From Pseudomonadales bacterium (GTDB taxonomy: Bacteria; Pseudomonadota; Gammaproteobacteria; Pseudomonadales; Pseudohongiellaceae), in assembly GCA_963664805.2 (NCBI GenBank), contig OY761612.1:1288368-1352367 (forward strand): a stretch of 64,000 nt of DNA, in the 5' to 3' direction. The stretch's first letter is position 1. Each line of letters starts with the position of its first letter. This document shows, one piece after another, positions 63,464 to 64,000 of this stretch. The notes beneath the pieces are model-generated. The model searched no databases. It saw only the letters and a program-made list of their open reading frames with translations, and was not told where the DNA came from. The position numbers and the translations under genes are program-made.

Positions 63464-63892
63464 ATGAAAACGGCCAAACTCATCAGCGCATGCCTGCTCG
63501 CCGTTTTGCTCGGCGTCTATACCCAAGTCTCGGCCGAGACTTTGACCATCGTCATCGAGGACATCCGCGAAGCAAGCGGCGCCCTGCAGGTGCAGGTGCT
63601 CGCCGGGCAGGCGCAATTCGAAGGCGAAGGCGCGGTGGCGCAATTCATCGAGCCGGCGGCGGAAGGATCGGTTACCTTGACGGCGGAAAACCTGCCGCCG
63701 GGGGAATACGCCATCAGAATCATGCACGACGTGAACGGCAACGACGAACTCGACGCCAACTTCGTCGGCGCGCCCACCGAGCCTTACGCCTTCTCCAACA
63801 ACGCCAAGGGGATGTTCGGACCGGCCAAGTGGGAAGACGCGCGCTTCACGCTCGAAGGCGATGTCACCCAGGTGATCAGCCTGATCCACTAG
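63464..63892 (+). CDS. DUF2141-domain exported protein
   Basis: AAGGAG lies 7 nt upstream of ATG 63464. Signal MKTAKLISACLLAVLLGVYTQVSA. The core is IRIMHDVNGNDELDANFVGAPTEPYAFSNNAKGMFGPAKWEDARF. Confidence 0.6.
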   Translation: MKTAKLISACLLAVLLGVYTQVSAETLTIVIEDIREASGALQVQVLAGQAQFEGEGAVAQFIEPAAEGSVTLTAENLPPGEYAIRIMHDVNGNDELDANFVGAPTEPYAFSNNAKGMFGPAKWEDARFTLEGDVTQVISLIH

Positions 63893-63924
63893 TTTCTCCG
63901 GAAAACAGGAACGAGGAGCCAACG

Positions 63925-64000
63925 ATGCAAAGACGCGAATTTTCGAAGCTGCTGGCGCTGCTGGCCTGCCCCTGGCCGACCGGCGCGCTGGCCCAGGCGG
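63925..64000 (+). CDS. 5' end of a gene for a Tat/Sec-exported protein (truncated by the right window edge)
   Basis: GAGGAG lies 6 nt upstream. MQRREFSKLLALLACPWPTGALAQA has a twin-arginine-like leader. Confidence 0.4.
   Translation, partial: MQRREFSKLLALLACPWPTGALAQA

Overview
This is 64 kb of a high-GC (by eye roughly 60-65%) proteobacterial-type chromosome. It may come from an environmental or marine gammaproteobacterium, but that is inference only. Several AT-richer accessory patches interrupt it, at about 1-775, 6960-9570, 14610-17420, 24330-26650, 40720-40996, 42370-43700 and 63060-63330.

Core content is periplasmic oxidative metabolism:
- four PQQ-dependent dehydrogenases: two methanol/ethanol-type with adjacent c-type cytochromes, and two glucose/quinate-type;
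- a GMC flavoprotein with a Tat-exported small subunit;
- a heme c-fused PHM/DBH-like copper monooxygenase and a PAL-like NHL propeller;
- an exported DAO-like flavoprotein;
- peptidases (M3 PepF-like, DmpA/S58);
- hydrolases (cutinase/PETase-like, class C beta-lactamase-like, haloalkane-dehalogenase-like, FAH);
- two LPS-core-type glycosyltransferases and two transporters (DAACS, NCS2).

Accessory content:
- a degraded IS1595-type transposase;
- an IS3-family element beside tRNA-Arg(TCG);
- an IS1182/IS5-like element;
- VapBC and HicAB toxin-antitoxin pairs, plus RES and VapB remnants;
- a frameshifted Abi_2 gene, a DUF4143 AAA ATPase, and an AT-rich P-loop NTPase cut by the left edge;
- a retropepsin-like protease with an overlapping small gene;
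- a low-GC islet encoding a membrane-anchored ankyrin protein.

Two families of palindromic intergenic repeats recur throughout. I saw no rRNA and no CRISPR array.

The most unusual locus is a 2,980-aa autotransporter (54044-62986). It is built from about 13 Cys-pair FN3-like modules, classical FN3 domains and He_PIG-like domains. It carries near-identical internal DNA repeats and has a G19 homopolymer 50 nt upstream of its start, so it looks like a candidate phase-variable adhesin.

The other candidates for undescribed biology are:
- the cytochrome c-PHM fusion;
- a translationally coupled DAACS / carboxylate-amine ligase / NosR-like operon;
- the small-protein/retropepsin pair.

None of these can be proven novel from sequence alone. 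All family assignments come from motifs read in the translations, not from database searches.
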